Below are positions 1 through 13,427 of a DNA stretch of 64,000 nucleotides, piece by piece. The DNA comes from the human T2T-CHM13v2.0 reference genome, Homo sapiens. The stretch's first letter is position 1, and the number at the start of each line of letters is the position of its first letter. The notes under the pieces were generated by a model, which saw only the letters and a program-made list of their open reading frames with translations, ran no database searches and was not told where the DNA came from. The stretch lies in the NCBI RefSeq assembly GCF_009914755.1, contig NC_060927.1; one strand, given 5' to 3'. The position numbers were made by a program, and so were the translations under genes.

Positions 1-3000
1 AGGTTTGTTGCATAGGTATACATGTGCCATGGTGGTTTGCTGCACCTATCAACTCGTCATCTAGGTTTTAAGCCCTGCATGCATTAAGTATTTGTCCTAA
101 GGCTCTCACTCCCCTTTCCCCCTGCCTCCCGACAGGCCCTGGTGCATGATGTTCCCCTCCCTGTGTCCATGTGTTCTCATTGTTAGACTCCCATTTATGA
201 GTGAGAACATGTGGTGTTTGGTTTTCTGTTCCTGTGTTAGTTTGCTGAGAATGATGGCTTCCAGCTCCATCTATGTACCTGCAAAGGACATGAACTCATT
301 CCTTTTTATGGTTGTATAGTATTTCATGGCTTATATGTGCCATATTTTCTTTATCTATTCTATCATTGATGTGCATTTGGGTTGGTTCCAAGTCTTTGTT
401 ATTGTAAATAGTGCTGCAATAAACATATGTATGCATGTGTCATTACAGTAGAAATATTCATAATCCTTTGGGTATATACCCAGTAATGGGATTGCTGGGT
501 CAAATGATATTTCTGATTAAAGATCATTGAGGAATTGCCACACTGTATTTCACAATGGTCGAACTAATTTACGCTCCCACCAACAGTGTAAAAGCCTTCC
601 TATTTCTCTGCATCCATGGCAGCATCTGTTGTTTCCTGACTTTTTAATGATCGCCATTCTAAACACTTCTCTAGTTCTTTTAATTGCGATGTTCGAGTGT
701 CAATTTCAGATCTATTCAGCTTTCTGATATGGCCATTTAGTGGTATAAATTTCCCTCTTAACACTGCTTTAGCTGTGTCCCAGAGATTCTGCTATGTTGT
801 CTCTTCATTCTCATTGGTTTGAAAGAACTTCGTTATTTCTGCCTTAATTTAGTTATTTACCCAGTAGTCATTCAGGAGCAAGTTGTTCAACTTCCATGTA
901 GTTCTGAGATTTTGAGTGAGTTTCTTAATCCTGAGTTCTAATTTGATTGTGCTGTGGTCCGAGAGACTTTTTTTTTTTTAATTTTCATTCTTTTGTATTT
1001 GCTGAGGAGTGTTTTTTCTTCCAATTATGTGGTCAATGTTAGAATAAGTGCTATATGGTGCTGAGAAGAATGTATATTCTGTTGATTTGGGGTGGAGAGT
1101 TCTGTAGATGACTATTAGGTCCCCTTGGTCCAGAGCTGAGTGCAAGTCCTGAGTATCCTTGTTAATTTTCTGTCTCGTTGATCTGTCTAATATTGACAGT
1201 GGGTGTTAAGGTCTCCCACTAGTAGTTTGTGGGAGTCTAAGTCTCTTTGAAGGTCTCTAAGAACTTGTTTTATGAAACCTGGTGCTCCCGTATTGGATGC
1301 ATATATATTTAGGATAGTTAGCTCTTCTTGTTGCCTTGGTACCTTTACCATTGTGTAATGTCCTTCTTTGTCTTTGATCTTTGTTGGTATAAAGTCTGTT
1401 TTATCAGAGACTAGATTTGCAACCCTTGCTTTTTTTTTCCATTTGCTTGGTGAATCTTCCTCAATCCCTTTATTTTGAGCCTATGTGTGTCTTTCAATGT
1501 GAGATGGGTCTCCTGAATACAGCACACTGATGAGTCTTGACTTCTTATCCAATTTGCTAGCCTGTGTCTTTTAATAGGGGCATTAACCCATTTACATTTA
1601 AAGTAAACATTGTTATGTATGAATTTGATCCTGTCATCATGAAGCTAGCTAGTTATTTTGCACAATAGTCAATGCAGTTTCTTCAGAGTGTCATTGGTCT
1701 TTATATTTTGGTGTGTTTTTTCAGTGGCTGGTACCAGTTTTTCTTTTCCATATTTATTTCCTTTCCATGTTTCTTTCCATATTTATTTCCTTTCCATGTT
1801 TTCTCCTTATTTCCTTTTGTAAGGCAGGCCTGGTGGTGACAAAATCTCTCAGCATTTGCATGTCTGGAAAAGATTTCATTTCTCCTTTGCTTACGAAGCT
1901 TAGTTTGGCTGGATACGAAATTCTGGGTTGAAAATTCTTTTCTTTAAGAATGTTGAATATTTGTCCCCACTCTCTTCTGGCTTGTAGAGTTTCTGCAGAG
2001 AAATCCAGTGTTAGTCTGATGGGTCTCCCTTTGTAGGTAACCTGACCTTTCTCTCCAGCTGCCTTTACATTTTTCCTTTGTTTTAACCTTGGAGAATCTG
2101 ATGATTATGTGTCATGGGGTTGCTCTTCTCAAGGAGTATCTTAGTGGTGTTCTCTGTATTTCCTGAATTTGAATGTTGGCCTGTCTTGCTATGTTGGAGA
2201 AGTTCTCCTGGATAATATCCTGAGGTGTGTTTTCCAGCTTGATTCCATTCTCCTTGTCACTTTCAGGTACACCAATCTAACGTAGGTTTGGTCTTTTCAC
2301 ATAGTTCCATATTTCTTGGAGGCTTTGTTTGTTTCTTTTCTTTCTTTTTTTCTCTAATCTTATCTTCACACTTTATTTCATTAAGTTGATCTTCAATCCC
2401 TGATATCCTTTCTTCCACTCGATTGATTGAGCTATTGATACTTGTATATGCCTCACGAAGTTCTTGTGCTGTGTTTTTCAGCTCCATCTGGTCATTTATG
2501 TTCTTCTCTAAACTGGTTATTTTAGTTAGCAGTTCCTGTAACCTTTTATCAAGGTTCTTAGCTTCCTTGCATTGGGGTAGAACATGCTCCTTTAGCTCAG
2601 AGGAGCTTGTTATTACCCATCTTCTGAGTCCTACTTCTGTCAATTCGTCAATCTCATTCTCCATCCAGGTTTGTGCCCTTGCTGGAGAGGAGTTGCAATC
2701 ATTTGGAGAAGAGTCATTCTGGTCTTTGGAATTTTCAGCATTTCTGGGCTGGTTTTTCCTCATTTTCATGGATTTATCTACCTTTGATCTTTGAGGCTGA
2801 TAACCTTTGGATGCAGTTTTTGTGTGGGGGTCCTTTTTGTTGATGTTGATGTGGTTGCTTTTTGTTTGTTAGTTTTTCTTCTAACAGTTAGGCTCCTCTT
2901 CTGCAGGTCTGTTGCAGTTTGCTGGAGGTCCACTCCAGACCCTGTTTGCCTGGGTATCACCAGTGGAGGCTGCAGAACAGCAAAGATTGCTGCTTGCTCC

Positions 3001-4092
3001 TTCCTCTGGAAGCTTCATCCCAGAGGGGCACCAGCTTGATGCCAGCCAGAGCTCTCCTGTATGAGGTGTCTGTTGACCCTTGCTGGGAGATGTCTCCCTG
3101 TCAGGAGGCACAGGGGTCAGGGAACCATTTGAGGAGACAGTCTGTCCCTTAGCAGAGCTCAAGCACTGTGCTGGGAGAATTCTCCTTCTCAGGATCAGCT
3201 GCTCTCTTCAGAGCCAGCAGGCAGGAAAGTTTAGGTCCGCTGAAGCTGCACCCACAGCTTCCCCTTCCCCCAGGTGCTCTGTCTCAGGAAGATGGGAGTT
3301 TTATCTGTAAGCCTCTGACTAGGGCTGCTGCCTTTCTTTCAGAGATGCCCTGTCAAGTGAGGAGGAATCTAGAGAGGCAGTCTGGCCACAGCCACTTTGC
3401 TACATGGTGCTGAATTCCAACCAGTCCAAACCTCCCGGCCTCCTTAGCACTGTCAGGGGAAAACCACCTACTCAAGCCTCAGTAATGATAGACCCCTCTC
3501 CCCCCACCAAGCTAGATCATCCCAGGTTGACTTCAGACTGCTGTGCTGGCAGTGAGGATTTCAAGGCAGTGGATCTTAGCTTGCTGGGATCCTCGGGAGT
3601 GGAACCCTCTGATCGAAACCTCTTGGCTCCCTGACTTCAGCCCCCTTTCCAGGGGAGTGAACAGTTCTGTCTCACTGGAGTTCCAAGCACCACTGGGGTA
3701 CAAAAGAAACTCCTGCAGCTAGCTCCATGTCTGCCCAAACAGCCATCCAGTTTTGTGCTTGAAACCCAGGGCCCTGGTGTAGGCACATGAGAGCATCTCC
3801 TGATCTGCAGATTGCAAAAACCATGGAAAAGCGTAGTATATGGGCTGGGTAGCACAGTCCCTCAACGGCTTCCCTTGGGTGGGGGAGGGAGGTCCCCTGG
3901 CTCCTTGCACTTCCTGGGTGAAGCAATGCCCCACCCTGCTTCTGCTCACCCTCTGTGGGCTGCACCCACTGCCTAACAATCCCAATGAGGTGAACTGGGT
4001 ACCTCAGTTGGAAATGCAGAAATCACCTGCCTTCTGCATTGCCCTCACTGGGAGCTGCAGACCGGAGCTGTTCCTATTCGGCCAGCTTGCCA
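1..4092 (-). mobile_element. L1PA7/8-like LINE-1 with full 5'UTR and ORF1 remnant; large internal ORF2 deletion at about 661; 3' end runs off the window
   Basis: 1-660 is the reverse complement of the L1 3'UTR and ORF2 end. ORF 2263..2769(-) MRKNQPRNAENSK...ELKEHV...LKNTAQELREAYTS is ORF1p. The 5' terminus motif GGCCGAATAGGAACAGCTCC is on - at about 4064-4083. Confidence 0.93.
3485..3634 (+). other. L1 ORF0-like antisense ORF (49 aa) in the L1 5'UTR
   Basis: MIDPSPPTKLDHPRLTSDCCAGSEDF...GVEPS resembles recalled L1 ORF0 (MAGAPPPASLPPCSLISDCCASNQRDSVGVGPS). ATG at 3485, TGA at 3632-3634. Confidence 0.7.
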
Positions 4093-4288
4093 GATATTTG
4101 AGATTTTCAAGGGCAAGAAGGTTATGCAATAAGATCTTTACAGTATTATTTGGAAATAATATTTTTAAATAGTCTATTTCTTTTTGTTTACCTTGCTTAT
4201 TTTTTCTTCCTTTTTAACTTTCTTTTTAAATATATTTGGTGTTATTTAAATATCTAAATATTTAATTTTGTTTGTTTTGTTCTTACAG

Positions 4289-4511
4289 GCTATGTGTTTT
4301 GAAAATATGCGTATTATGAGATATGAAGAGTTTATATCCATGATATTCAGGCTGGATTATACCCAACCACTTTCAGATGAATACATCACAGTGACTGATA
4401 CAACATTTGTTGACATTCCAGTACGATTGTACTTGCCAAAAAGAAAGTCAGAAACCCGAAGGCGAGCTGTGATATATTTTCATGGTGGTGGTTTTTGTTT
4501 TGGAAGTTCCA
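4289..4511 (+). CDS. AADACL2: AADACL2 coding exon 2 (223 nt)
   Basis: ttacag|GCT acceptor and A|gtaagt donor. Encodes AMCFENMRIMRYEEF...VIYFHGGGFCFGSS, including the HSL-family HGGG oxyanion motif. Confidence 0.96.
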
Positions 4512-5881
4512 GTAAGTTCATTGTATAAGGAAAAAGTGTAGCTAGCTCTACATTTTTGATATAAGAACTATTTTATATAAATATACACACTTATACTGAT
4601 ACATACATCTATATATATACTTGTCTGGATATGGATAAGTATAGATATAAATATGAGACATCTAATAAAGAGACATAGACATATGTTTGGCAAATAATAT
4701 TATGGGGATTTTAAATTCAGTTTTTGTTTTGTTTTTTTATTATCCTTAGCTTTCATATTGAATGAACATATATCAAAGGAAAATAGGATATAAAGTCAGT
4801 TATTAAACTTTTTTCTTGGGATCTGAATTCAGGAGCAGAAACATTGAGGGGATGCAGATGTTTTAATTAACAAGTCAAAAGCATTTGCTATTGGTTGCTA
4901 CAAGATCAAGTTTGCAGTTACTGATAACATAATAGAAATACTGGTAAGGCTTAGAATGCAGTTGTTAGTATTGACTCTAAAAAGAAAACACAAAATAGTA
5001 CTATGTAATAATAAACTCTTCCCATAAAATCTCGGTTCCCTACTTGTCTTTTTAGGCATTTTTCTTACAGTGATTATTCAATAAATGTTTTTGTGAAGAA
5101 AAAAGACACACACATAGTGAATGAGAGGGACATCTGATGATCTCTAGAGGGATTATTATCCAAAATGTTCTAATCCATTTCTTTTATGTATTTTTTACCT
5201 TCTTAATGTTTTCAATACATTAGATTTCATCTATATTTCATCTATAATTTAATTTATATCATGCGTTAAAATGGTCGAATAACCTGCTTTCTTGATAAGA
5301 TAAATACCAAGTTTGCCTCATTTCTCTCCAAAGAAATGCATTCATTCCACTGAAGTTTTTATGAGGTGTATGAAATATCCAAGTGTTCATATACATATTA
5401 CCTAGGACTTGAGTAAGCACAAAAGAAATGGCCACTGACAGGAAAATATCACTTTGATTGAAAAATACTAAGAAGTATTCCTGATTATTAGGGTTATATC
5501 TCTTTTTACTGACATAGGCAATGATTGTGATCAGTAATTTCTAAAACTGTGAGAATTATTATTCAGGATATGACATTCCAACATTCTGCTTAGCTAAATT
5601 CTAGATGTCTTTTGTCAATATTTTGGTTTTATATTTACACATTATTTGTTTTCAGATCTCCCAAACATATGTGAATACACTGGAAAAGACTTAGATACTT
5701 TCTAATTTTCACCAAGAAAAAATAGACATTATAACTATTTTCTAGTATTTGCAAATTTTAATTTTCTTTCTTTTCCCCCTAGGCTTCCTCTTTTGTCTTC
5801 TCTAAAACATACATAAGTTGCTTTGAGAACCAAGAAATATGGGAAAATGTTGCTCTAGTAGACTTTTTATATACTTTTGTG

Positions 5882-5950
5882 ATCTTTGTTTTTCAACATT
5901 TATCCTCATATCTTTTTGTTTTCAACATTTATCCTCATATCTTTTTGTTT
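5882..5950. repeat. 29-bp tandem duplication
   Basis: atctttttgttttcaacatttatcctcat, about 2.4 copies. Confidence 0.85.
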
Positions 5951-6174
5951 CTATATGCATTCTACAGACACTATAACAATAAAAAGGCATGGAATAAAAG
6001 AAACAAGACCAGAGAGATTATATCAGCAAATATTCTATGAGTACAGACAGTTTGAGATAAAAATGGGAAACAAACAAGCAAACAAAAATATGGCTTTAAT
6101 TCTAAGACAAAAAGGATTGGGAGATAAAAATGAAGACATAGATTTGAAATACATCACTGGGTGGCTTTAAAGGT

Positions 6175-6709
6175 TATGAAATGAAACTGGAAATAAGACC
6201 TCAAGGTCTCTGGATGAAACGGACTCCTTGTGGCTGATAAAGATACCCAAATTACGACACTAAGAGCTCAGTGTCCATAATGAGTGAGAAAAGGGTGGTC
6301 ACACATCACTTTGTTCCCAGAGAAGGCAGCTCCAAACATCCTGTTTGCGCCCCTGAGCTAAGATGTTTCCAAGCTGAAACACCCTGATTAGAAAACTCAT
6401 CCCACCAGTTGCTTGAAAGCGGTATCTAACAGACTTTTGGTTTGGGGCTTGGAAACTACCCAATCAGGAATCAGCTGTTTTAAACTATTTGAATAAGTTT
6501 GAATCCTTTATTTACATATATATACCTGATTGTGATTGAGGGATGCCAGCTGATTCTCCATATTTAAGCCACAGACCCTCTTTTTGGTCTCTGGAGCACA
6601 CTTTTGTTTTACATGGAAGGCTATGTCTCCCTAATCTGCAGATTTTTTTTTTAATAGAAATTAAAGCTCTCCCATTTTCTTCTGAAGATCTCATGCTCTT
6701 TCGTTAACA
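6175..6709 (+). mobile_element. Solo LTR, ERV1 class (MER4-group-like)
   Basis: 535 bp, ends ...gttaaCA. 4-bp TSD AGGT (6171-6174 / 6710-6713). CCAAT near 6460 and ATTAAA at 6660. Confidence 0.7.
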
Positions 6710-7734
6710 AGGTGAAGTTCAGAGAGTTCTTAGGTCTTGTACATTTTGGTCTTCATCTATGCATGGCCTTTTCTTGAAAATTAACTTAATCTTTAATAAA
6801 ACATTATTTTTTTCTATTTAAAAGACTAGGTGACTTACTTTCCTGTTTTCCAGGTTATATATACACCCTGTGGTTAGTTTTCACTTTGCAGTTTTGTTAA
6901 TGTGCAAGAGAAGGTCCAGAGAAGTCTGGAATTTGATCACAACTCTAGAATTCTTTGGATTTCTAGGATCTTGTGGTAAATAAAGCAGCAGCAGATGTTA
7001 CAGAATTTGCCAAGGTGCTTGGCCAGGGCCCTGGTAAATAGGATATGTGGGGACCTGGGGAAAGATGTGTGTGTGTGTGTTATGTGTCTGGGGAAAGTCA
7101 ATAGCTTGTACGTCAAGCATGTCAAAACTCATATGTATATCAAGTCTTCACACTGACCTGCCAGAGGCTCTCTCATATCTAGTTATTATTCCTTAGACTC
7201 TGTCTTAATGCCAATGTTATTGGACTATTTTATTATGTTGCATCTTCAAAGAAGACAAGAGGTTTTGAAGAACGATGTTTAGAGACTCAATACATACTAT
7301 TACTTTCTTTTTCCTCCGACTTCTGAACCAGTTAAAAAATTACACCCAGAGTTCACATAAATGCAAGTCAAACCATTACCATTATTTCAGATGAAGTAAA
7401 ATGCACCAGGATACAAAGGGTCCTGGGAAGGGTCATTGTGTACAGACAGCAGATGTCAAGACGATATTACAATAGGCTGAGCCTATTCTAGTTGATCCTC
7501 CCCAAAATAATCAATTGGTGAAGTCATCCTTTTCCTCCTGGAAAGAGTGGCTGAAAAGACTAGGAAGGGGAGAGTGTGCCACGTGGATTCAGGTCCATCT
7601 GCTTGGAAATGGGGGGTGGAAATAAAAGCTATGTGATATTCACAAACCACAGTTATTTCCACATTCATATCTGTAACTGTTTCTATAGCTTTTTAATTAC
7701 AGGAAATACTTTGATGTTTATTTCTTCATTTCAG

Positions 7735-7804
7735 AACAGAGGGCTTTTGACTTCCTGAATAGATGGACGGCAAACACGCTTGATGCTGTTGTTGTAGGCG
7801 TGGA
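7735..7804 (+). CDS. AADACL2: AADACL2 coding exon 3 (70 nt)
   Basis: tttcag| ... GA|gtaaga. Encodes (K)QRAFDFLNRWTANTLDAVVVGV(D). Phases 1 and 2 fit the flanking exons. Confidence 0.95.
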
Positions 7805-9150
7805 GTAAGAATGATTTTTTTCTGGCTACTATGATTTTTGCCTTTACCATGTAGAGGTTTGATTTCCACATCAAGTCAGCTATGCTTCAAATATAATTTT
7901 TTAAATTAATATATTTTACTTGTCACCATTGCAACATAGACTGCTCCTCAAAGAGGTTCAGTGTCCCATTATTTTTCTGTGATTGTGAGAATATCTGAAT
8001 TATACCCCAGAGTAAGCAGTTTTGGAAACACTTGCTCTAGACACGTAAGACTCAGGTCCTATAAGGCCCTAGTAGTGTCCCAAGTAACACAGCTGGACAG
8101 AAGGAAGTATATTAACTATTACACATTTGGGATACTGGATTGTATTTGAGCAGGCAAGAAAAGTTTAATTTCATAGCTTTTGAAGTAATCTAAATACTAT
8201 TTTATATCTGTTTTGATATAATAATATGTTTGTGCCTGGCTTATACATTCTATCAAATCCCTAAAATTTGTGTTGTTCTTTGTCCAAAAAGTATAAATCC
8301 ACTGCATTTTAAATAAAGATACCAACATCTTTTTGGTACACATCTATGTCTAAGCTACAAATTACTTAGAGTTTTCTAGATAGTTTATAATAAAATTCTA
8401 AGAACCCTATTACCAACATTTCATATTGGCTATAGAAATATACATGTTTTAGCATTCTGAAGATCAAAAAGAAAAAGCTCTATGAATTGACTGCTAGATG
8501 TATTTTCCTGTCTTACTGGTCTACACACACTGGGGAAAAAATAATTTGTGCCCATGAAAAGAAGAGTGTGATAATTTGCCTTACAAATGAATTTACCAGA
8601 AATAAGCAAGCTCTCTGGCATATTTAAATTTTATTTATATATCAAAATTTTTATCTAGTAATAACTACTGGGTATTATCCATGATGAAGTATATGCACCG
8701 TCAGCTTATAAAATTTTTACCTAAATGTCCTTGATAAAATAGGACACTGCCTACAATATGCTCTCAGATCTGCAGCCTATTGTGCTTTTTAAACAAGCGT
8801 TTTTAAAAAAATGTTTGGATTACAAGTTACATTGAGAATATGATGTAAGCTATACACCATCTCCATTCTAAAATACACTTGGACTAAAATTTTTGCTTAC
8901 AATTCCTAGGAAGTTCATAACACTCCCCTGACTCCTCACAAATAATTCCATTCATGGATTTTAGGTACAAGATTGAAAACCTTATACTTTATTAAAATAA
9001 TTTTCATTTTAATCAAGAGTTAGTAGAAAACTTAGGCTTGATTTTTAGAAGACTGAACAATAAAGACTGGCATTAAATTGCATCTATTTGGTATTTGAGA
9101 ATTAGATGGACAGATACAACCATAAATGCTTTATTATTCTTTCTTTAAAG

Positions 9151-9322
9151 CTATAGGCTGGCTCCTCAACACCACTTTCCTGCTCAGTTTGAAGATGGCC
9201 TTGCTGCAGTCAAATTTTTTCTTTTGGAAAAAATTCTTACAAAATATGGAGTGGATCCCACCCGAATCTGCATTTCGGGAGACAGTTCTGGGGGCAATTT
9301 AGCAACAGCGGTCACTCAACAG
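9151..9322 (+). CDS. AADACL2: AADACL2 coding exon 4 (172 nt), contains catalytic Ser189
   Basis: ttaaag|C ... CAG|gtacat. Encodes [16 protein letters not shown]...[20 protein letters not shown]. Nucleophile codon AGT at 9284-9286. Confidence 0.96.
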
Positions 9323-9369
9323 GTACATTATATTTGTTTTTATGATAGGAGGCAGAAATTGAGGCTCAT

Positions 9370-10725
9370 TTTTTTTCTATAGATAATTCAGTTCTTCCCC
9401 CACCATTTGTTGAAAAGACCATTCTTTCCCATTGAATTACAGTAGCACTTGAGTAAACATTTATTTAACCTTAATGTGACTATTTCTGGATTATTTTGTT
9501 CCATTGATCTACATGTCTATCCTACTGCCAATACTACACTGACTTCAACTGTTCTTCTTTAAAAAAAAATCTAGTATTCCATATCTTTCCCATTAAAATA
9601 TTAGATTATCTTATCAATTTTTAAAAAGAAAGACTAACTGAATTTTTATTAGGATTGCATTGAATCTATAACTTTGGGGAGGATTGACGTGTCAACAATA
9701 TTGAGATTTCCAATTAATGTACATGGCATGTCTCATACTTTATTAGATCCTCTTCAATTTCTCAGCAATATTTTACTATTTTCAGTGTAGAAATCATGGA
9801 AATCTTTTCTCAAATTTTACCCTGAGCTATTTTTTAAAATTTTTATTAAAATACTATTTTCTGAATGTTTATTTGGAACATATTGGAATTTGTAATTTGT
9901 AATTTATTTCTATGCTATATAGAAATACAGTTGATTTTGATATTGGCCTTTTCCCATCATATCCTCAATAAACTCACTTATAACGCTAGTGTTCTGTGTT
10001 TTTTTTGTTTTTTTTTTTTTTAGTTTCCTAGGATTTTCTATATTTTCAATGACGAGAGACAGTTTTAGTTCTTGCTTCCCAGTACTTGTTCCTTTTAATT
10101 TTTCTTTTATTATTGCACTGTCTGGGGCCTCTAGTAAAATATTTAATATAACTCTCTTGCTTTGTATTTTTGGAGGAAATTTTTCAATATTTCATCAATA
10201 AATATAGTATTAATTGAAGGTTTTCATAGTTAGCTTTTGTCAGATTGAGGAACTTATTTCTACTCCTAGTTTGCTGATAGTTTTTGCATAAATGGGTCTT
10301 GAATTAGTCAAATGTTTTTACTCCAACTATTGAGATGATCATGTAATTTTTCTTATTTATTATTTTAGTGTGGTAAATTATGCCAATTGACTTTTAAATG
10401 TTAAATTATGCTTACATTCTAGGCATGAGCCTTACTTGGTCTTGATGAATTAAAATTTTTATATGTTGCTGCTTTCCATTTGCTTTAGTTCATTAAATGT
10501 TTTGTATTTTTGAGATTAATCTTTAATTTTTAACACTTTTTGTCAGGTTTTTTTTTTTTTCTTTGAGATGGAGTTTTGCTCCATCACCCAAGCTGGAGTG
10601 CAGTGGCGCGATCTCAGCTCACTGCAACCTCTGCCACCTGTCTTTGTCAGGTTTTGAGAGAAAAATTACACTAGCCTCATTAAATAATTTGGGAAGAATT
10701 CCAACTCTCTTATTTTCTGTTTTTT
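9370..10725 (-). mobile_element. Old L1M ORF2 fragment
   Basis: caccatttgttgaaaagacc, ggattgcattgaatct and other antisense L1 ORF2 motifs. Confidence 0.75.
10552..10640 (-). mobile_element. Severely 5'-truncated Alu (about 90 bp) with TSD
   Basis: Poly-T plus Alu right-arm end, flanked by tttgtcaggtttt at 10539 and 10643. Confidence 0.85.
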
Positions 10726-12069
10726 TCTCTTTTGTGAGGTTGTATTGAGGTACAGTTGAAAAGGAAAAATCATATGTATTTAAGATGTACAACATGATGT
10801 TTTGATATATGTATGCATTTTTAAACAATTAACAAAAGCTAAGTAACGTAATCATTACCTCACATAGTTACCATTTATTTTTTCTCTATGGTGAGCATGT
10901 TTAAGATCTGTCTTAGCAAATTTCGAGTACGCAGTATTATTAACTATAGTCACCGCACTTAATATTAGATCTCCAGAACTTATTCATCCTGCATAACTGA
11001 AACTTTGTAACCTTTCACCAATATCTCCCTGTTCTCCCCATCTCCATCCCCTTTCATCTATATCCCCAGCTCCTCATAACCACCACTCTACTATCCACTT
11101 CTAGGGGTTTAACTTTCTTAGGTTCTACATAAAAGCAAGATTATGCAATATTTGTCTGACTTATTTCATTCAGTGTAAGGACCTCCAGGTTCATCAATGT
11201 TGTCACCAATGACAGGATTTTCTTCTTTCTGGAGGCTGAATAATATTCCATTGTGTGTGTTTGTGTGTGTGTGTGTGTGTGTGTAGATACACACACACAC
11301 ACACCAAATTTTCTTTATCCATTTATCCGGCTGAAAAACAGTTTGATTCCATATCTTGGCTATTGTGAATACTGCTTCAATGAATATGCGAGTACAGATA
11401 TCTCTTCACGTTACTGACTTTGTTTCCTTTGGATAGATACCTAGAAGTGGTATTGCTGAATCATCTGGTAGTTCCATTTTTAATTTTTTGAGGAAACTCC
11501 ATACTGTTTTCCATAATGGATATACTAACTGACATTTCCAACAACAATGTACAAGGGGTCCTTGTACATATGTCTACTCAGTTCTATTTCCCATTTTTTA
11601 AATTGGGTTATTTGTTTTCTTGCCATTTAGTTGAATTCTTTATACATTTTGAATATTAACCCCTTATTGAACCCATGATTTGAAATATTTTCTCCTACTT
11701 TGTAGAGTGTCTCTTCACTCTGTTGATTGTTTCTTTTTTCGTGCAGATGCTTTTTAGTTTGAGGCAATCCCATATATCTATTTTTGCTTTTGTTGCCTGT
11801 ACTTTTGGAGTCATACCTCCCAAATTAGTGCTTAGACTAATATAAAGTCATTTTTCTCTAAGCCTTCTTCCAGTAGCTATACAGTTTTATATTAAGTGTT
11901 AGACCTTTGATTCATCATTTTGAGTTGATTTTTGTATATGAAATGAAATGAGTGTCCAATTTCATTCTTCTGCATGTGGATATATGAGAATTCTCAACAT
12001 TATTTATTGAAAAGACTGTCTTTTCCTTTTGTGTGTTCTTGGCACCTTTGTCAAAGATCAATTGACCAT

Positions 12070-12506
12070 TGCTATAGCTTGGTCTTTCCCAGTCAAAGCT
12101 CATGTTGAAATTTGATCCCCAATGTGGCAGCATTGAAAGACTGAGCCTAGTGAGAGGTGTTTGGGACAGGAGGGTGGATCCTTCGTGAATAGATTAATGC
12201 CCTTCAGAGGGAATGAATGAGTGAATTCTTGCTCTCCAGGGAATGAAATAGTTTGTCAGAGAGCAGATTATTAAAAACAATCTGGCTTCCTTGGTTTCTC
12301 TCTCTTGCTTCCTTTCTTGCCATGTGATTTCTTTGCACATGCAGATACCCGGTTCTCTTTCATGAGTTAAAGCAGCCAGAGGCCATTATCAGATGCAGAT
12401 ACCCAATCTTGAAACTTTCAGCCACTAGAATTGTGAGATAAAAATTTTTTAATAAATTACCCAGTCTCAGGCATTCTATTGTAGTAGTGCTAACTGAACT
12501 AAGACA
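12070..12506 (+). mobile_element. MST (MaLR) solo LTR
   Basis: TGctatag...aagctcatgttgaaatttgatccccaatgtggc...aataaattacccagtctcagg...taagaCA. Imperfect 5-bp TSD accat/acaat. Confidence 0.85.
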
Positions 12507-13118
12507 ACAATTTATTTCTTAGCTCTTTATTCTGTTCCATTGGTCTATATGTTTGTTTATATGCCAGTACCATACTGTTTTGATTATTGTAGCTTTGCAG
12601 TTTATTTTGAAATCAGGCATTATGATGCCTCCAGGTTTGTTCTTTTTACTCAAGATTATATTGACTATTCAGTCTTTTGTGGTTCCATATTAATTTTCTA
12701 TTTCTGTAAAAAATACCATTGAAATTTTGATTGGAATTGCATTGAATCTGTACATTGCTTTGTGTAGTATAGACATTTTAACAGTATTAATTCTTTGGAT
12801 CCAGAAACATGGTTAATCTTTTCATTTACTTGTGTCTTCTTCTATTTCTTTCATTAATATTTTATAGCTTTCTGTGTATAGATCTTTCTACCTCCTTGGT
12901 TAAATTTATTCCTGGTGTTTTATTTATGTACTTATTTTTGATGCTATTGAAATGGGATTTTTTAAAATTTCTTTTTAAGATAGTTTGTTGTTGGTATATA
13001 GAAATGCAAGTGATTTTTCTATGTTGATTTTGTATCCTGCAACTTTACTGAATTTATTTACTTGTACTAACAGATTTTTGGTAGAGTCTTAGGGTTTTCT
13101 ATATCTAATATCATGTAA

Positions 13119-13427
<309 letters not shown>

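Noticed and set aside
2263-4172. Dense cluster of ORFs on both strands
   Set aside because: All lie within L1 ORF1 and the GC-rich L1 5'UTR; only the ORF0-like and 3840 frames were kept.
11252-11304. (TG)n-(CA)n hairpin as a structured RNA or miRNA
   Set aside because: Simple-repeat expansion at a common L1MA site; no other support.
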